64,000 nucleotides of DNA from Bosea sp. (in: a-proteobacteria) (GTDB taxonomy: Bacteria; Pseudomonadota; Alphaproteobacteria; Rhizobiales; Beijerinckiaceae). Below, one piece after another: positions 1 to 9,527 of the stretch. The first letter of the stretch is position 1. Each line of letters begins with the position of its first letter. Below the pieces are notes generated by a model, which saw only the letters and a program-made list of their open reading frames with translations, had not been told where the DNA came from and did not search any database. The DNA is taken from contig NZ_JAMLIX010000002.1 in NCBI RefSeq assembly GCF_023953965.1, positions 255,637 to 319,636 on the forward strand. Reading direction: 5' to 3'. The position numbers and the translations under genes were made by a program.

Positions 1-1898
1 TCGTTCTCCACCGCCTGCCGCGCGGCCTCGTCGGGCGTGGCGAAGAGCGGGCCGATATCGACGTCGAAGCCGAGATCGGCGAAGGCCGAGGCGATCACCT
101 TCTGGCCGCGGTCGTGCCCGTCCTGGCCCATCTTGGCGACGAGGATGCGCGGGCGGCGCCCGTCCGCCTCCTCGAAAGCCTGGCACATCAGCTGGACGCG
201 CGTGACGGCTGGGTTCATCTCGCCGACCTCCCGCTTGTAGACGCCCGAGATCGCCTTGATCTCGGCCCGGTGGCGCCCGAAGACCTTCTCCATCGCCAGC
301 GAGATCTCGCCGACCGTCGCCTTGGCGCGGGCCGCCTTGACCGCGAGGTCGAGCAGGTTGCCGTCGCCTTGCGCGCCATGGGTCAAGGCTTCGAGCGCGG
401 CTTGCGTCTCGCTCTCGTTGCGCTCGGCCTTGAGGCGCTTCAGCTTGTCGAGCTGCCGGGCGCGCACGGCGGCGTTGTCGACCTTGAGCACCTCGATCGC
501 CGCTTCGCTGTCGGGCTTGTAGCAGTTGACGCCGATGATCGCCTGCTGGCCGGCGTCGATGCGCGCCTGCGTCCTGGCGGCGGCCTCCTCGATCCTGAGC
601 TTCGGGATGCCGGCCTCGATCGCCTTGGCCATGCCGCCGAGCGCCTCGACCTCCCGGATATGGCCCCAGGCCTTCTCGGCGAGCTCGGCGGTCAACCGCT
701 CGACGTAATAGGAGCCGCCCCAGGGATCGATGATGCGGGTGGTGCCGCTCTCCTGCTGCAGCAGGATCTGGGTGTTGCGCGCGATCCGGGCCGAGAAGTC
801 GGTCGGCAGGGCGAGCGCCTCGTCGAGCGCGTTGGTGTGCAGCGACTGGGTGTGGCCCTGGGTTGCGGCAAGCGCCTCGATCATCGTGCGCGGCACGTTG
901 TTGAACACGTCCTGCGCCGTCAGCGACCAGCCCGACGTCTGGCAATGGGTGCGCAGCGGCAGGGATTTTTCGTTCTTGGCGCCGAAATCCTGGACGAGCT
1001 TGGCCCAGATCAGCCGGGCGGCGCGCATCTTGGCGACTTCCATGAAGAAGTTCATGCCGATCGCCCAGAAGAAGGACAGCCGCGGCGCGAAGACGTCGAC
1101 CGACAGTCCCGCCCGCTGGCCGGCGCGGATGTATTCGACGCCGTCAGCCAGCGTATAGGCGAGCTCGAGGTCCTGCGTCGCGCCCGCCTCCTGCATGTGG
1201 TAGCCGGAGATCGAGATCGAGTTGAACTTCGGCATGTTGGCCGAGGTGAAGGCGAAGATGTCGCCGATGATCCGCATCGAGGGCGAGGGCGGGTAGATAT
1301 AGGTGTTGCGGACCATGAACTCCTTGAGAATGTCGTTCTGGATGGTCCCCGAGAGCTTGGCCTGCGGCACGCCCTGCTCCTCGGCCGCGACGATATAGAG
1401 CGCCAGAACGGGAAGCACCGCGCCGTTCATCGTCATCGACACGCTCATCTGGTCGAGCGGGATGCCGGAGAACAGCGTGCGCATGTCGTATATCGAGTCG
1501 ATCGCGACGCCGGCCATGCCGACGTCGCCGGCGACGCGCGCATGGTCGCTGTCATAGCCGCGATGGGTCGCGAGGTCGAAGGCGACCGAGAGGCCTTTCT
1601 GACCGGCGGCGAGGTTGCGCCGGTAGAAGGCGTTGGAATCCTCCGCCGTGGAGAAGCCGGCATATTGCCGGATCGTCCAGGGCTGGTTGACGTACATCGT
1701 CGGATAGGGGCCGCGCAGATAGGGCGGCAGGCCGGGCAGCGTCGCGACGAAGGGCAGCCCGTCGCGGTCTGCCGCCGTGTAGACCGGCTTGACCGGGATA
1801 TCCTCCGGCGTCTGCCAGGCCTCGCCCGCCGGCAGCTCGCCGGCGGCGGGGCGACCTCCGGCAAAGGCGAGCTTGGTGAAATCCGGGATCGCGGTCAT
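1..1898 (-). CDS. mutB: Methylmalonyl-CoA mutase large (B12-binding) subunit; 3' end runs off the window
   Basis: The minus strand from ATG 1898 ([12 protein letters not shown]) encodes [22 protein letters not shown] and the cobalamin-binding [12 protein letters not shown] near position 110-140. Absent from the ORF track because no stop codon lies in the window. ATGA overlap with the thiD stop. Confidence 0.95.
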   Translation of the reverse strand, partial: MTAIPDFTKLAFAGGRPAAGELPAGEAWQTPEDIPVKPVYTAADRDGLPFVATLPGLPPYLRGPYPTMYVNQPWTIRQYAGFSTAEDSNAFYRRNLAAGQKGLSVAFDLATHRGYDSDHARVAGDVGMAGVAIDSIYDMRTLFSGIPLDQMSVSMTMNGAVLPVLALYIVAAEEQGVPQAKLSGTIQNDILKEFMVRNTYIYPPSPSMRIIGDIFAFTSANMPKFNSISISGYHMQEAGATQDLELAYTLADGVEYIRAGQRAGLSVDVFAPRLSFFWAIGMNFFMEVAKMRAARLIWAKLVQDFGAKNEKSLPLRTHCQTSGWSLTAQDVFNNVPRTMIEALAATQGHTQSLHTNALDEALALPTDFSARIARNTQILLQQESGTTRIIDPWGGSYYVERLTAELAEKAWGHIREVEALGGMAKAIEAGIPKLRIEEAAARTQARIDAGQQAIIGVNCYKPDSEAAIEVLKVDNAAVRARQLDKLKRLKAERNESETQAALEALTHGAQGDGNLLDLAVKAARAKATVGEISLAMEKVFGRHRAEIKAISGVYKREVGEMNPAVTRVQLMCQAFEEADGRRPRILVAKMGQDGHDRGQKVIASAFADLGFDVDIGPLFATPDEAARQAVEN

Positions 1899-2707
1899 GG
1901 TTTGCTCTCCCACCAGTGATGGAAATGATGCACCGGTCCGTGGCCGTGGCCAACCGCGACCTGGTCGGCGGCGGCGATGGCCGCGGAGATATAGCTCTTG
2001 GCGTTGCCGACCGCCTCCGGCAGGGCCTGCCCCTTGGCGAGATTGGCGGCGATCGCCGAGGACAGGGTGCAGCCGGTGCCGTGCGTGTTGCGGGTGGAAA
2101 GGCGCGGCGCGTTGAAGCGCTGGCGCGTGCCGCCGGCGAGCAGCAAGAGGTCGCTGCTGACGTCGCCCCCGCCATGGCCGCCCTTGACCAGCACGTTCGC
2201 GGCGCCGAGCGCGGCGAGCCTGTCGGCCTGCTCGTCGACTGCCGCATCGGTCTGGGCGATGCTGGTGCCGATGAGCGCTGCCGCTTCCGGCAGGTTCGGC
2301 GTGACGAGCGTCGCGAGCGGGAAGAGATGCGCGCGGATCGCCTCGACCGCCGCCGTTTCGAGCAGCCGCGCGCCGGAGGCCGCGATCATCACCGGATCGA
2401 GCACGACGTTCTTCGCCCCGTGCTTCCTCAGCCCGGCTGCGACGGTCTCGATCAGCTCGGCCGTCGCCAGCATGCCGATCTTGACGGCATGCACGTCGAG
2501 ATCCTCGAAGACCGCGTCCATCTGCCTGGCGACGAAGTCGCGCGGCACGGCGTGGATGGCACTGACGCCCCTGGTGTTCTGCGCCGTCAGCGCCACGATG
2601 ACGCTGGCGCCATAGACCTGATGCGCCGCGAAAGTCTTCAGATCGGCCTGGATTCCGGCGCCGCCGCTGGAATCCGAGCCGGCGATGGTCAACGCGATGG
2701 CGGTCAC
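1895..2707 (-). CDS. thiD: Hydroxymethylpyrimidine/phosphomethylpyrimidine kinase
   Basis: [49 protein letters not shown] and C-terminal GHGPVHHF motifs. Confidence 0.95.
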   Translation of the reverse strand: MTAIALTIAGSDSSGGAGIQADLKTFAAHQVYGASVIVALTAQNTRGVSAIHAVPRDFVARQMDAVFEDLDVHAVKIGMLATAELIETVAAGLRKHGAKNVVLDPVMIAASGARLLETAAVEAIRAHLFPLATLVTPNLPEAAALIGTSIAQTDAAVDEQADRLAALGAANVLVKGGHGGGDVSSDLLLLAGGTRQRFNAPRLSTRNTHGTGCTLSSAIAANLAKGQALPEAVGNAKSYISAAIAAADQVAVGHGHGPVHHFHHWWESKP

Positions 2708-2720
2708 GGTCTCTCTCCGG

Positions 2721-4697
2721 TCAGGTGTTCGCGATGGCCTGCGCTTGCGTCAGCGTCTCGATCGCATCGCAGCCTGCGAAGATGAACGAGGCGACGCCGG
2801 CCTTGTTCAATGCCGCTTCGCTCTCGCCCGGCCGGCCGGCGAGCCAGACGGTGGCACCGGCCCTGACGAGCGCTTCAGCCGCGGCTGCGCCTTCTTCGGC
2901 ATAGGCGGCGTCCGAGCCGCACAGGCAGGCGAGCTTCGCGCCCGAGGCACGGAAGGCGCCGACCAGAGCGTCGAGATCGGTCGTGCCGTCCCTGGCGAAG
3001 CCGTCGCCGCTCGGCGCCGCGAGGCCGCCGGCCTCGAACAGGTTGCGGGCGAAGCCAGCGCGCGCGGTGAAATCGGCGATCGGGCCGAGCGTAGCCAGGA
3101 ACACGGCCGGGCGCCGCGGCTGGGCATCGGCCTTGTCGCGCAGGGCCTCGAACGGCGCCGCGAGCCTGAGCGAGGGCAGGGCTGGCGCGCGCAGCGCCGC
3201 GGCCGGCGCGGCCAATGCCTCGGCCCGGCCGGCGCCGCCGACGAAGCAGCGGATCAGCTCGCTCTGGTTCCGCTCGGCGAGGCTGCCTTGCGAATGGCGC
3301 AGATCCGGCCCGACCGGTGCGACGTCGAGCACCGCGACGGCTTCCTCGCGGAGATTGGGGAACTCGCTCGTGCCGGTGATCGGCTCGCGGCGGGTGGCGA
3401 TCGCCTTCGTGCGGGCGGCGCGCTGCGCGGCGAGCGTCTGCTGGAGCCGGCCCTCGGCCAGGGCCGCGACGATGCCGCCGGGCTCGCCGCCGGGCTCACG
3501 CTCGATCGCCTGGAAAGCGTGCCAGCCTTTCTCGCAGAGCGCCTGCGTCAGCGCCTCGAAGCCGCCGGCGCCGGCGGCGGGATCGGCGACGCGCCAGAGA
3601 TTGCTCTCCTCGAGCAGGATGAGCTGGGTGTTGCGCGCGACGCGGCGCGCGAAGGCGTCGGCTAAGCCGAGCGCGGCGGTGAAGGGCTGGACGGCGATCG
3701 AATCGGCGCCGCCGATCCCGGCCGCGAAGGCGGCGACGGTGCCGCGCAGCAGGTTGACGTGGGGGTCGCGCCGCGTCAGCGCCCGCCAGGCGGTCTCGGC
3801 ATGGATGCGGGCAGGCTCAGGCGTCAGGCCGCAGGCCTGCTGGATGCGGTTCCAGATCAGCCGCGCCGCCCTGAGCTTCGCCACCGTCAGGAACGCGTCG
3901 GTATCCGCGACCAGCGTGAAACCGATGGCGTCGCGCGCCTCGGCCAGGCTCATGCCCTGCGCCTCGAGCGCGCGCAGATAGGCGACCGCCGTGGCCATGA
4001 CCGCGCCGAGCTCCTGGCCCTCGCTGGCGCCGGCTTCGTGATAGGGCCGGCTGTCGGCCTCGACGAAGGGGCCGGCATAGCCGCGTTCCTTCAGCGTCCG
4101 GATCGTCGCGGCGAGCCGGCGGCCGAGCTCCGGCCAGGGCGCGCTGAGCGAGCCGCGGCTGGCGAAGACGCCGATCGGATCGAGCCCGAACGAAATCGAA
4201 AGCCCGCCCGGCGCGTGCCCGCGCTTCTCGACCAGCGCCGCCAGCAGCAGGGCGTTGATGCGCCCCTGAGGGGCCGGATCGAGGCGCAGCTGGACGAGGT
4301 CGAGCATCACGCCGTGGAGCGCGGCATCGAGCGTCGCGACATCGTCGGCGGCAAGCCCGTAGCCGTGCGCGGCCGGCGCCCCGGCGAAGCTGATGCTCAG
4401 CGTGTCGGCGCCGCCCTCGAGATCGGCGAGCGCCAGCGCCCGCGCCGCCTCGGCCAGCGGATGGTCGAGCCGGGCCGCGACATGCCAGCGCCCGGCCTCG
4501 GCGCGCAACGCGCGTGCGGGCTCACTCGCGGCGGGATAGAGCGGCTCGATGCGGATGCCGTCGGCGCTGCGGCCGACCAGCCGCTTCTCGAAATCGGCGC
4601 CCTTCAGCACCTTGTCGACCGCCGCGCGCCACGCGTCATGCGACGCCGCCGCGAAAGCGTCGAGATAAGGAAGGTCGGATGGGGCAGTCGATGTCAT
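2721..4697 (-). CDS. mutA: Methylmalonyl-CoA mutase small subunit
   Basis: WRAAVDKVLKGADFEK N-terminus, RDPHVNLLRGT, ARNTQLILLEES and DFTARAGFARNLFEAGG; no DxHxxG cobalamin motif. Confidence 0.92.
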   Translation of the reverse strand: MTSTAPSDLPYLDAFAAASHDAWRAAVDKVLKGADFEKRLVGRSADGIRIEPLYPAASEPARALRAEAGRWHVAARLDHPLAEAARALALADLEGGADTLSISFAGAPAAHGYGLAADDVATLDAALHGVMLDLVQLRLDPAPQGRINALLLAALVEKRGHAPGGLSISFGLDPIGVFASRGSLSAPWPELGRRLAATIRTLKERGYAGPFVEADSRPYHEAGASEGQELGAVMATAVAYLRALEAQGMSLAEARDAIGFTLVADTDAFLTVAKLRAARLIWNRIQQACGLTPEPARIHAETAWRALTRRDPHVNLLRGTVAAFAAGIGGADSIAVQPFTAALGLADAFARRVARNTQLILLEESNLWRVADPAAGAGGFEALTQALCEKGWHAFQAIEREPGGEPGGIVAALAEGRLQQTLAAQRAARTKAIATRREPITGTSEFPNLREEAVAVLDVAPVGPDLRHSQGSLAERNQSELIRCFVGGAGRAEALAAPAAALRAPALPSLRLAAPFEALRDKADAQPRRPAVFLATLGPIADFTARAGFARNLFEAGGLAAPSGDGFARDGTTDLDALVGAFRASGAKLACLCGSDAAYAEEGAAAAEALVRAGATVWLAGRPGESEAALNKAGVASFIFAGCDAIETLTQAQAIANT

Positions 4698-4817
4698 GCG
4701 CGCCGATGCTCCTATTCCGTACGATGTACGGTCGTGGAACGCTGATTGCCACGGGCGCGCGCGGACCGCTACCCCTCCTTCACCGCAAGGCGGCGGGATA
4801 CGAAAAGCCCGCCGCGC

Positions 4818-5198
4818 TCAGACGAACTGGCCAAGACCCGGAATCGCGCCGACGATCGCGCCCATCGCGTCCTCGCCGGCCTTCTCGCGGCCGACCGCGA
4901 ACATCTCCTTCGAGACGCGCTGGATCTGGTCCATCGAAAGGCCCGCGCCCATCAGCTGGCCGCCGAGCGCCATCACGCCGCCGCCCATCATCCCGCCGAT
5001 CGCGCCGAGCATGCCACCCTTGGCGCCGCCTTCTGCATCGGCGAGCGCCTGCGCGCCCGGCAGCGCCGCCATCAACTCGCCGATCTCGGCCGCCGGACCT
5101 TCCTTCTGCAGGAAGGCGAGGATGATGCCGATCGCCTTGCCGGCGAGCCCTTCGTCGATGCCGGCCGCCGCCGCCACCCGCGCGAGCAATTCTTCCAT
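4818..5198 (-). CDS. Conserved Gly-rich hypothetical protein (DUF2267-like)
   Basis: Probable start ATG 5198 (MEELLARVAA...GAIPGLGQFV) resembles a conserved rhizobial small-protein family. The longer ORF-track start at 5276 looks spurious. Confidence 0.65.
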   Translation of the reverse strand: MEELLARVAAAAGIDEGLAGKAIGIILAFLQKEGPAAEIGELMAALPGAQALADAEGGAKGGMLGAIGGMMGGGVMALGGQLMGAGLSMDQIQRVSKEMFAVGREKAGEDAMGAIVGAIPGLGQFV

Positions 5199-5353
5199 GG
5201 ACCTGAAACCCCTCGCCAAACGGCTTCGCCGCGAAGCCTTCGGAAAATAGTTTACATATTTACGACCCGATTCCAACGGCGTCGGGCTTCCGCCTGCCGC
5301 GTCGTTTGGTTACACCCACCATCAGGTTCCGGAAAATCTCATGGGCGAATGCG

Positions 5354-6892
5354 ATGGCGAGTGACGGCGCGATTCTGATCGGCAAGAGCGGCAAGCCCGA
5401 AAATCTCCTGCTCAAGCTCGCCAACCGCCACGGACTGGTGACGGGGGCGACCGGCACCGGCAAGACAGTGACCTTGCAGGTGATGGCGGAAGGCTTCGCC
5501 AGGAACGGCGTCCCGGTCTTCGCCGCCGACATCAAGGGCGACCTCTCCGGCATCGTGGCACCGGGCGATTCGAAGCCCCCCTTCGTCAACCGGGCCAAGG
5601 AGCTCGGCATCCCCTACGAGCCGGACCAGTTCACCACCGTCTTCTGGGACGTGTTCGGCGAGCAGGGCCACCCGGTCCGCGCCACCATCTCCGAAATGGG
5701 GCCGTTGCTGCTTTCCCGCCTGCTCGACCTCAACGACACGCAGGAAGGCGTGCTCAACATCGCCTTCCGCATCGCCGACGAGCAGAAGCTCCTGCTGCTC
5801 GACCTGAAGGACCTGCGCGCGATCCTGACCTTCATCGCCGAGAACGCGCAGGATCTGACCACGAAATATGGCAATGTCAGCGCGGCCACCGTCGGCACGA
5901 TCCAGCGCGCGCTGCTCGTGCTGGAGAACCAGCGGGGCGACCTCTTCTTCGGCGAGCCGGCGCTCGACATCGCCGACCTGATGAAGACGGATCGCGACGG
6001 GCGCGGCATCGTCAACATCCTCGCCGCCGACAAGCTGATGAACAATCCGAGGCTTTACGCCACCTTCCTGCTCTGGCTGCTCTCGGAGCTGTTCGAGCAG
6101 CTGCCGGAGGTCGGCGATCTCGACAAGCCGAAGCTCGTCTTCTTCTTCGACGAGGCGCATCTGCTCTTCAACGGCGCGCCCAAGGCGCTGCTGAGCGCGG
6201 TCGAGCAGGTGGTGCGCCTGATCCGCTCCAAGGGCGTCGGTGTCTATTTCGTCACCCAGAACCCGCTCGACATCCCCGATACCGTGCTCGCCCAGCTCGG
6301 CAACCGCGTCCAGCATGCGCTGCGCGCCTTCACCCCGCGCGACCAGAAGGCGGTGCGCGCCGCAGCCGAGACCTTCCGCCAGAACCCGAAGATCAAGACC
6401 GAGGAGGCGATCAGCCAGCTCGCCGTCGGCGAGGCGCTGGTCTCGATGCTGGAAGGCAAGGGCTCGCCCGAGATGGTCGAGCGCGCCCTGATCGCGCCGC
6501 CGATGGCGCAGGTCGGCCCCTGCACCCCGCAGCAGCGCCGTCAGGCGATCGACGCCTCGCCCGAAAAGGGCAAGTACGACACCATGATCGACCGCGAGTC
6601 GGCCTATGAGGTGCTGATGCAGCGCAAGAACCTCAATCCGGACGGCTCGGCGATCGAGGCGCCGGCGGGCGAAGGCGGCATCCTCGACACGATCGGCGGC
6701 TGGTTCGGCGGCGGATCGCCCCAGCCGCGTCCGAAGACCGGGCCCGGCTCGCGCGGCGGCCCGCTGCCGCAGAGCATGGCCGAGAAGGCCATCAACTCGG
6801 CCGTGCGCTCGGCCGCGACCTCGATCGGCCGGCAGGTCGGCACCGCGATCCTGCGCGGCATTCTGGGCTCGATGGGCGGCGGAAAGCGCTGA
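5354..6892 (+). CDS. HerA-like/DUF853 (YjgR-family) P-loop ATPase
   Basis: ANRHGLVTGATGTGKTVTLQ Walker A, FFFDEAHLLF Walker B, IRSKGVGVYFVTQNP and QHALRAFTP. Start taken at ATG 5354. Confidence 0.9.
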   Translation: MASDGAILIGKSGKPENLLLKLANRHGLVTGATGTGKTVTLQVMAEGFARNGVPVFAADIKGDLSGIVAPGDSKPPFVNRAKELGIPYEPDQFTTVFWDVFGEQGHPVRATISEMGPLLLSRLLDLNDTQEGVLNIAFRIADEQKLLLLDLKDLRAILTFIAENAQDLTTKYGNVSAATVGTIQRALLVLENQRGDLFFGEPALDIADLMKTDRDGRGIVNILAADKLMNNPRLYATFLLWLLSELFEQLPEVGDLDKPKLVFFFDEAHLLFNGAPKALLSAVEQVVRLIRSKGVGVYFVTQNPLDIPDTVLAQLGNRVQHALRAFTPRDQKAVRAAAETFRQNPKIKTEEAISQLAVGEALVSMLEGKGSPEMVERALIAPPMAQVGPCTPQQRRQAIDASPEKGKYDTMIDRESAYEVLMQRKNLNPDGSAIEAPAGEGGILDTIGGWFGGGSPQPRPKTGPGSRGGPLPQSMAEKAINSAVRSAATSIGRQVGTAILRGILGSMGGGKR

Positions 6893-6904
6893 GCGCTTCG
6901 CCCC

Positions 6905-8251
6905 TCACACCGCTCCCGTCGCGACGTCGAACAGGAGCTTGAGGTTCAAGGCGATGATGATCGCGGCGATGACGCCTGCGGTCAGGCTGAGCCAGCGCGG
7001 GGCGACGAGCGCGCCCATCTTGCCTTTCGAGGCGGTGAATAGCACCAGCGGCACCACCGCGAAGGGCAGCTGCAGGCTGAGCACGACCTGGCTGAGGATG
7101 AGCAGCTTCGCCGTCTGGCCCTCGCCATAGATCAGCGTGACGACGATCGCCGGCACGATCGCGACGAGCCGCGTCACCAGCCGCCGCAGCCAGGCGGGCA
7201 GGCGGATGCGCAGAAAACCTTCCATCACGATCTGCCCGGCCATGGTCGCGGTCACGGTCGAGTTCAGGCCGCAGCAGATCAGGGCGATGGCGAAGAGCGA
7301 GGGCGCGATCGAGGCGCCGAGCAGGGGCTGGAGCAGTTCCTGCGCCCGGCCGAGTTCGGCGACGTCGTGGTGCCCCGCCTTGTGGAAGGTCGCGGCGGCG
7401 AGGATCAGGATCGAGGCGTTGATCAGGAGCGCGAAGCACAGCGCGACGGTGGAATCGATCGTCGCGAATTTCAGCGCCTCCCGTTTTTCGGGCAGCGTCT
7501 CGCCATAGGCGCGGGTCTGCACGATGCCGGAGTGCAGGTAGAGGTTGTGCGGCATCACCGTCGCCCCGATGATGCCGAGCGCGATGTAGAGCATGTTCGG
7601 ATCGGTCACGATCTGCGTCGTCGGCGCGAAGCCGCGGATGACCTCGCCCCAGTTCGGATCGGCGAGCGCGATCTGGATGCCGAAGCACAGCGTGATCACC
7701 CCGAGCAGCGTGATGATGAAAGCCTCGATCCAGCGGAAGCCGCGCGTCTGCAGCCACAGGATCAGGAAGACGTCGAAGGCGGTGATCATGACGCCGATCT
7801 CGAGCGGAACGCCGAAGAGCAGGTTGAGGCCGATCGCGGTGCCGATCACCTCGGCGAGGTCGGTCGCGCAGATCGCGAGCTCCGCCAGAAGCCAGAGCGG
7901 CCGGGCGAAATAAGGCGGATAGGCGTCGCGGCAGGCTTGCGCGAGATCGCGGCCGGTGGCGATGGCAAGCCGCGCGCAGAGCGATTGCAGGATGATCGCC
8001 ATCAGGTTCGAGACCAGCGCGACGACGAGCAGGGTGTAGCCGTACTGGGCGCCGCCGGCGAGCGAGGTCGCCCAGTTGCCGGGGTCCATATAGCCGACCG
8101 CGACGAGATAGCCCGGCCCGAAGAAGGCGAGGAACTTGCGCCATGTCGAGGAATTCGGCGTCACCGCGACCGTCCTGAAGACGTCGGTCAGCGATGGCTC
8201 GCCGCGCGATCTGAGCCAGACGGAGGTGGATTCCGGAGTGCCTTGGGACAT
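6905..8251 (-). CDS. mntH: Nramp-family divalent metal (Mn2+) transporter
   Basis: GYMDPGNW and MPHNLYLHS signature motifs; multiple hydrophobic segments. Confidence 0.95.
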   Translation of the reverse strand: MSQGTPESTSVWLRSRGEPSLTDVFRTVAVTPNSSTWRKFLAFFGPGYLVAVGYMDPGNWATSLAGGAQYGYTLLVVALVSNLMAIILQSLCARLAIATGRDLAQACRDAYPPYFARPLWLLAELAICATDLAEVIGTAIGLNLLFGVPLEIGVMITAFDVFLILWLQTRGFRWIEAFIITLLGVITLCFGIQIALADPNWGEVIRGFAPTTQIVTDPNMLYIALGIIGATVMPHNLYLHSGIVQTRAYGETLPEKREALKFATIDSTVALCFALLINASILILAAATFHKAGHHDVAELGRAQELLQPLLGASIAPSLFAIALICCGLNSTVTATMAGQIVMEGFLRIRLPAWLRRLVTRLVAIVPAIVVTLIYGEGQTAKLLILSQVVLSLQLPFAVVPLVLFTASKGKMGALVAPRWLSLTAGVIAAIIIALNLKLLFDVATGAV

Positions 8252-8316
8252 GCACGGGCCTTGCTGCGACTTGATCGCAACAGGAGGTACAGGCCGGCCG
8301 CCGGATTGTCAATGCA

Positions 8317-8335
8317 GTTGCAAATCGTTGGCAAT
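8317..8335 (-). promoter_or_regulatory. Candidate Mur/Fur(alpha) box and adjacent -35 of mntH
   Basis: GTTGCAAATCGTTGGCAAT differs at 2 positions from the recalled alphaproteobacterial Mur-box core TGCAAATAGTTTGCAAT. A minus-strand TTGACA lies at 8312-8307, just downstream in mntH orientation. Confidence 0.65.
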
Positions 8336-8434
8336 TAGAGGCTCCGAGCCTTATTGTTCGGATATGGGCTGACGCGCGCGCCGGTGCTTGCCATGATGGC
8401 GTCGTCTGAATCGCATGCTGGAGGCATTGGGCTC

Positions 8435-9016
8435 ATGAGATCGGTCTGCATCTTCTGCGGCTCCAATCCGGGCCATGATCCGGTCTACGCGGCCGGTGCC
8501 CGCGCCATGGGCGCCGAGATCGCCCGGCGCGGGCTTATGCTGGTCTATGGCGGCGGCGCGGTCGGCCTGATGGGCATTGTCGCCAATGCCGCGATGGAGG
8601 CGGGCGGTGAGGTGCACGGCGTCATCCCCAAGGCGCTCAAGGACAAGGAGATCGGCCATGTCGGGCTGACCCGGCTCGAGGTCGTCGACACCATGCACAC
8701 GCGCAAGGCGCGCATGGCCGAGCTTTCGGACGGCTTCATCGCCATGCCCGGCGGCATCGGCACCTTCGAGGAGCTGTTCGAGATCTGGACCTGGGGCCAG
8801 CTCGGCATCCACGCCAAGCCGCTCGGGCTGCTCAACGTCGCCGGTTTCTACGATCCGCTCGCGACCTTCCTCGACCGCACCGTCGCGGCGGGCTTCCTGA
8901 AGCAGGGCCACCGCGCCATGGCGATGACCGACGACGAGCCCGCGACGCTGCTCGACCGGATGGAGGCTTACGTCCCCGCCGCGACCTATAAATGGATCGA
9001 GAAGGAGCAGGCCTGA
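8435..9016 (+). CDS. LOG-family nucleotide phosphoribohydrolase (TIGR00730)
   Basis: [28 protein letters not shown] and [12 protein letters not shown] motifs. Start ATG 8435 follows a GGAGG-like sequence. Confidence 0.92.
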   Translation: MRSVCIFCGSNPGHDPVYAAGARAMGAEIARRGLMLVYGGGAVGLMGIVANAAMEAGGEVHGVIPKALKDKEIGHVGLTRLEVVDTMHTRKARMAELSDGFIAMPGGIGTFEELFEIWTWGQLGIHAKPLGLLNVAGFYDPLATFLDRTVAAGFLKQGHRAMAMTDDEPATLLDRMEAYVPAATYKWIEKEQA

Positions 9017-9059
9017 CTTATCCTCGCGGGATGCTCTTAAGGGTTGTAGGAATATTGTC

Positions 9060-9088
9060 TTGACATCGTGGCGCTGATCGGGTAGAGA
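9060..9088 (+). promoter_or_regulatory. Candidate sigma70 promoter of the GTA cluster
   Basis: Perfect TTGACA at 9060-9065, 17-nt spacer, weak -10 (TAGAGA), in a locally AT-rich stretch. Confidence 0.5.
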
Positions 9089-9118
9089 TCGGGAACGCTC
9101 ACGAAATCCGCCCGAACG

Positions 9119-9151
9119 AAGCCGCCGCGCTGCCTCAGCCGGCGGCTTTTT
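9119..9151 (+). terminator. Intrinsic terminator-like hairpin directly upstream of the first GTA gene
   Basis: Arms AAGCCGCCG and CGGCGGCTT with an inner GCTG/CAGC stem and CCT loop, followed by TTTTT. Confidence 0.7.
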
Positions 9152-9176
9152 CGTGCCCGCAGCCGGAAGGGACGAC

Positions 9177-9527
9177 ATGGCCGAACAGCCCAAACGCAAG
9201 GCGGTCTCGCGCAAGGCGGTGGTGGGCCAGCTCTGGCGCGCCGCCAAGCGCCAGATCGACGCCCATGAGGACCATCTCGGCGACCTGCCGAAGGGCTCGA
9301 CCGTAAGCGAGGCCGACGCCAAGGCGCTGGCGACGCTCGCCCGCACGGTGCGCGAGCTGGTCGCGATCGACGAACCCCAGGCGGTGAAGAAGGACAAGCA
9401 GACGGATGATCTTTCCGCCGCCGACGGCCTGCGCCATGTCGCCGAGCTCCGCCGCGAGCTTGCCCGACGTCTTGAGGCTCTTGCCCGCCGCGAAATGGGC
9501 GAGGGTGATCCCGAGGATCCTGCCTGA
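9177..9527 (+). CDS. Putative GTA small terminase (g1-like)
   Basis: Small helical ORF with RBS (GGAAGGGA) immediately before and overlapping the large terminase; ALATLARTVRELVAID. Assignment is positional. Confidence 0.6.
   Translation: MAEQPKRKAVSRKAVVGQLWRAAKRQIDAHEDHLGDLPKGSTVSEADAKALATLARTVRELVAIDEPQAVKKDKQTDDLSAADGLRHVAELRRELARRLEALARREMGEGDPEDPA

Noticed and set aside
3180-3320. Apparent extra segment in MutA (GPDLRHSQGSLAERNQSELIRCF...) as a possible in-frame palindromic insertion
   Set aside because: No clear inverted repeat, and it falls in the variable linker before the C-terminal domain.
4698-4817. Possible cobalamin or TPP riboswitch upstream of mutA-thiD
   Set aside because: No conserved B12-box or TPP core seen. 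The only hairpin (GCGGCGGG...CCCGCCGC) fits a terminator of the upstream gene.
9030-9060. CtrA or IHF site in the GTA promoter
   Set aside because: Only a lone TTAA; neither TTAA-N7-TTAA nor WATCAANNNNTTR is matched.
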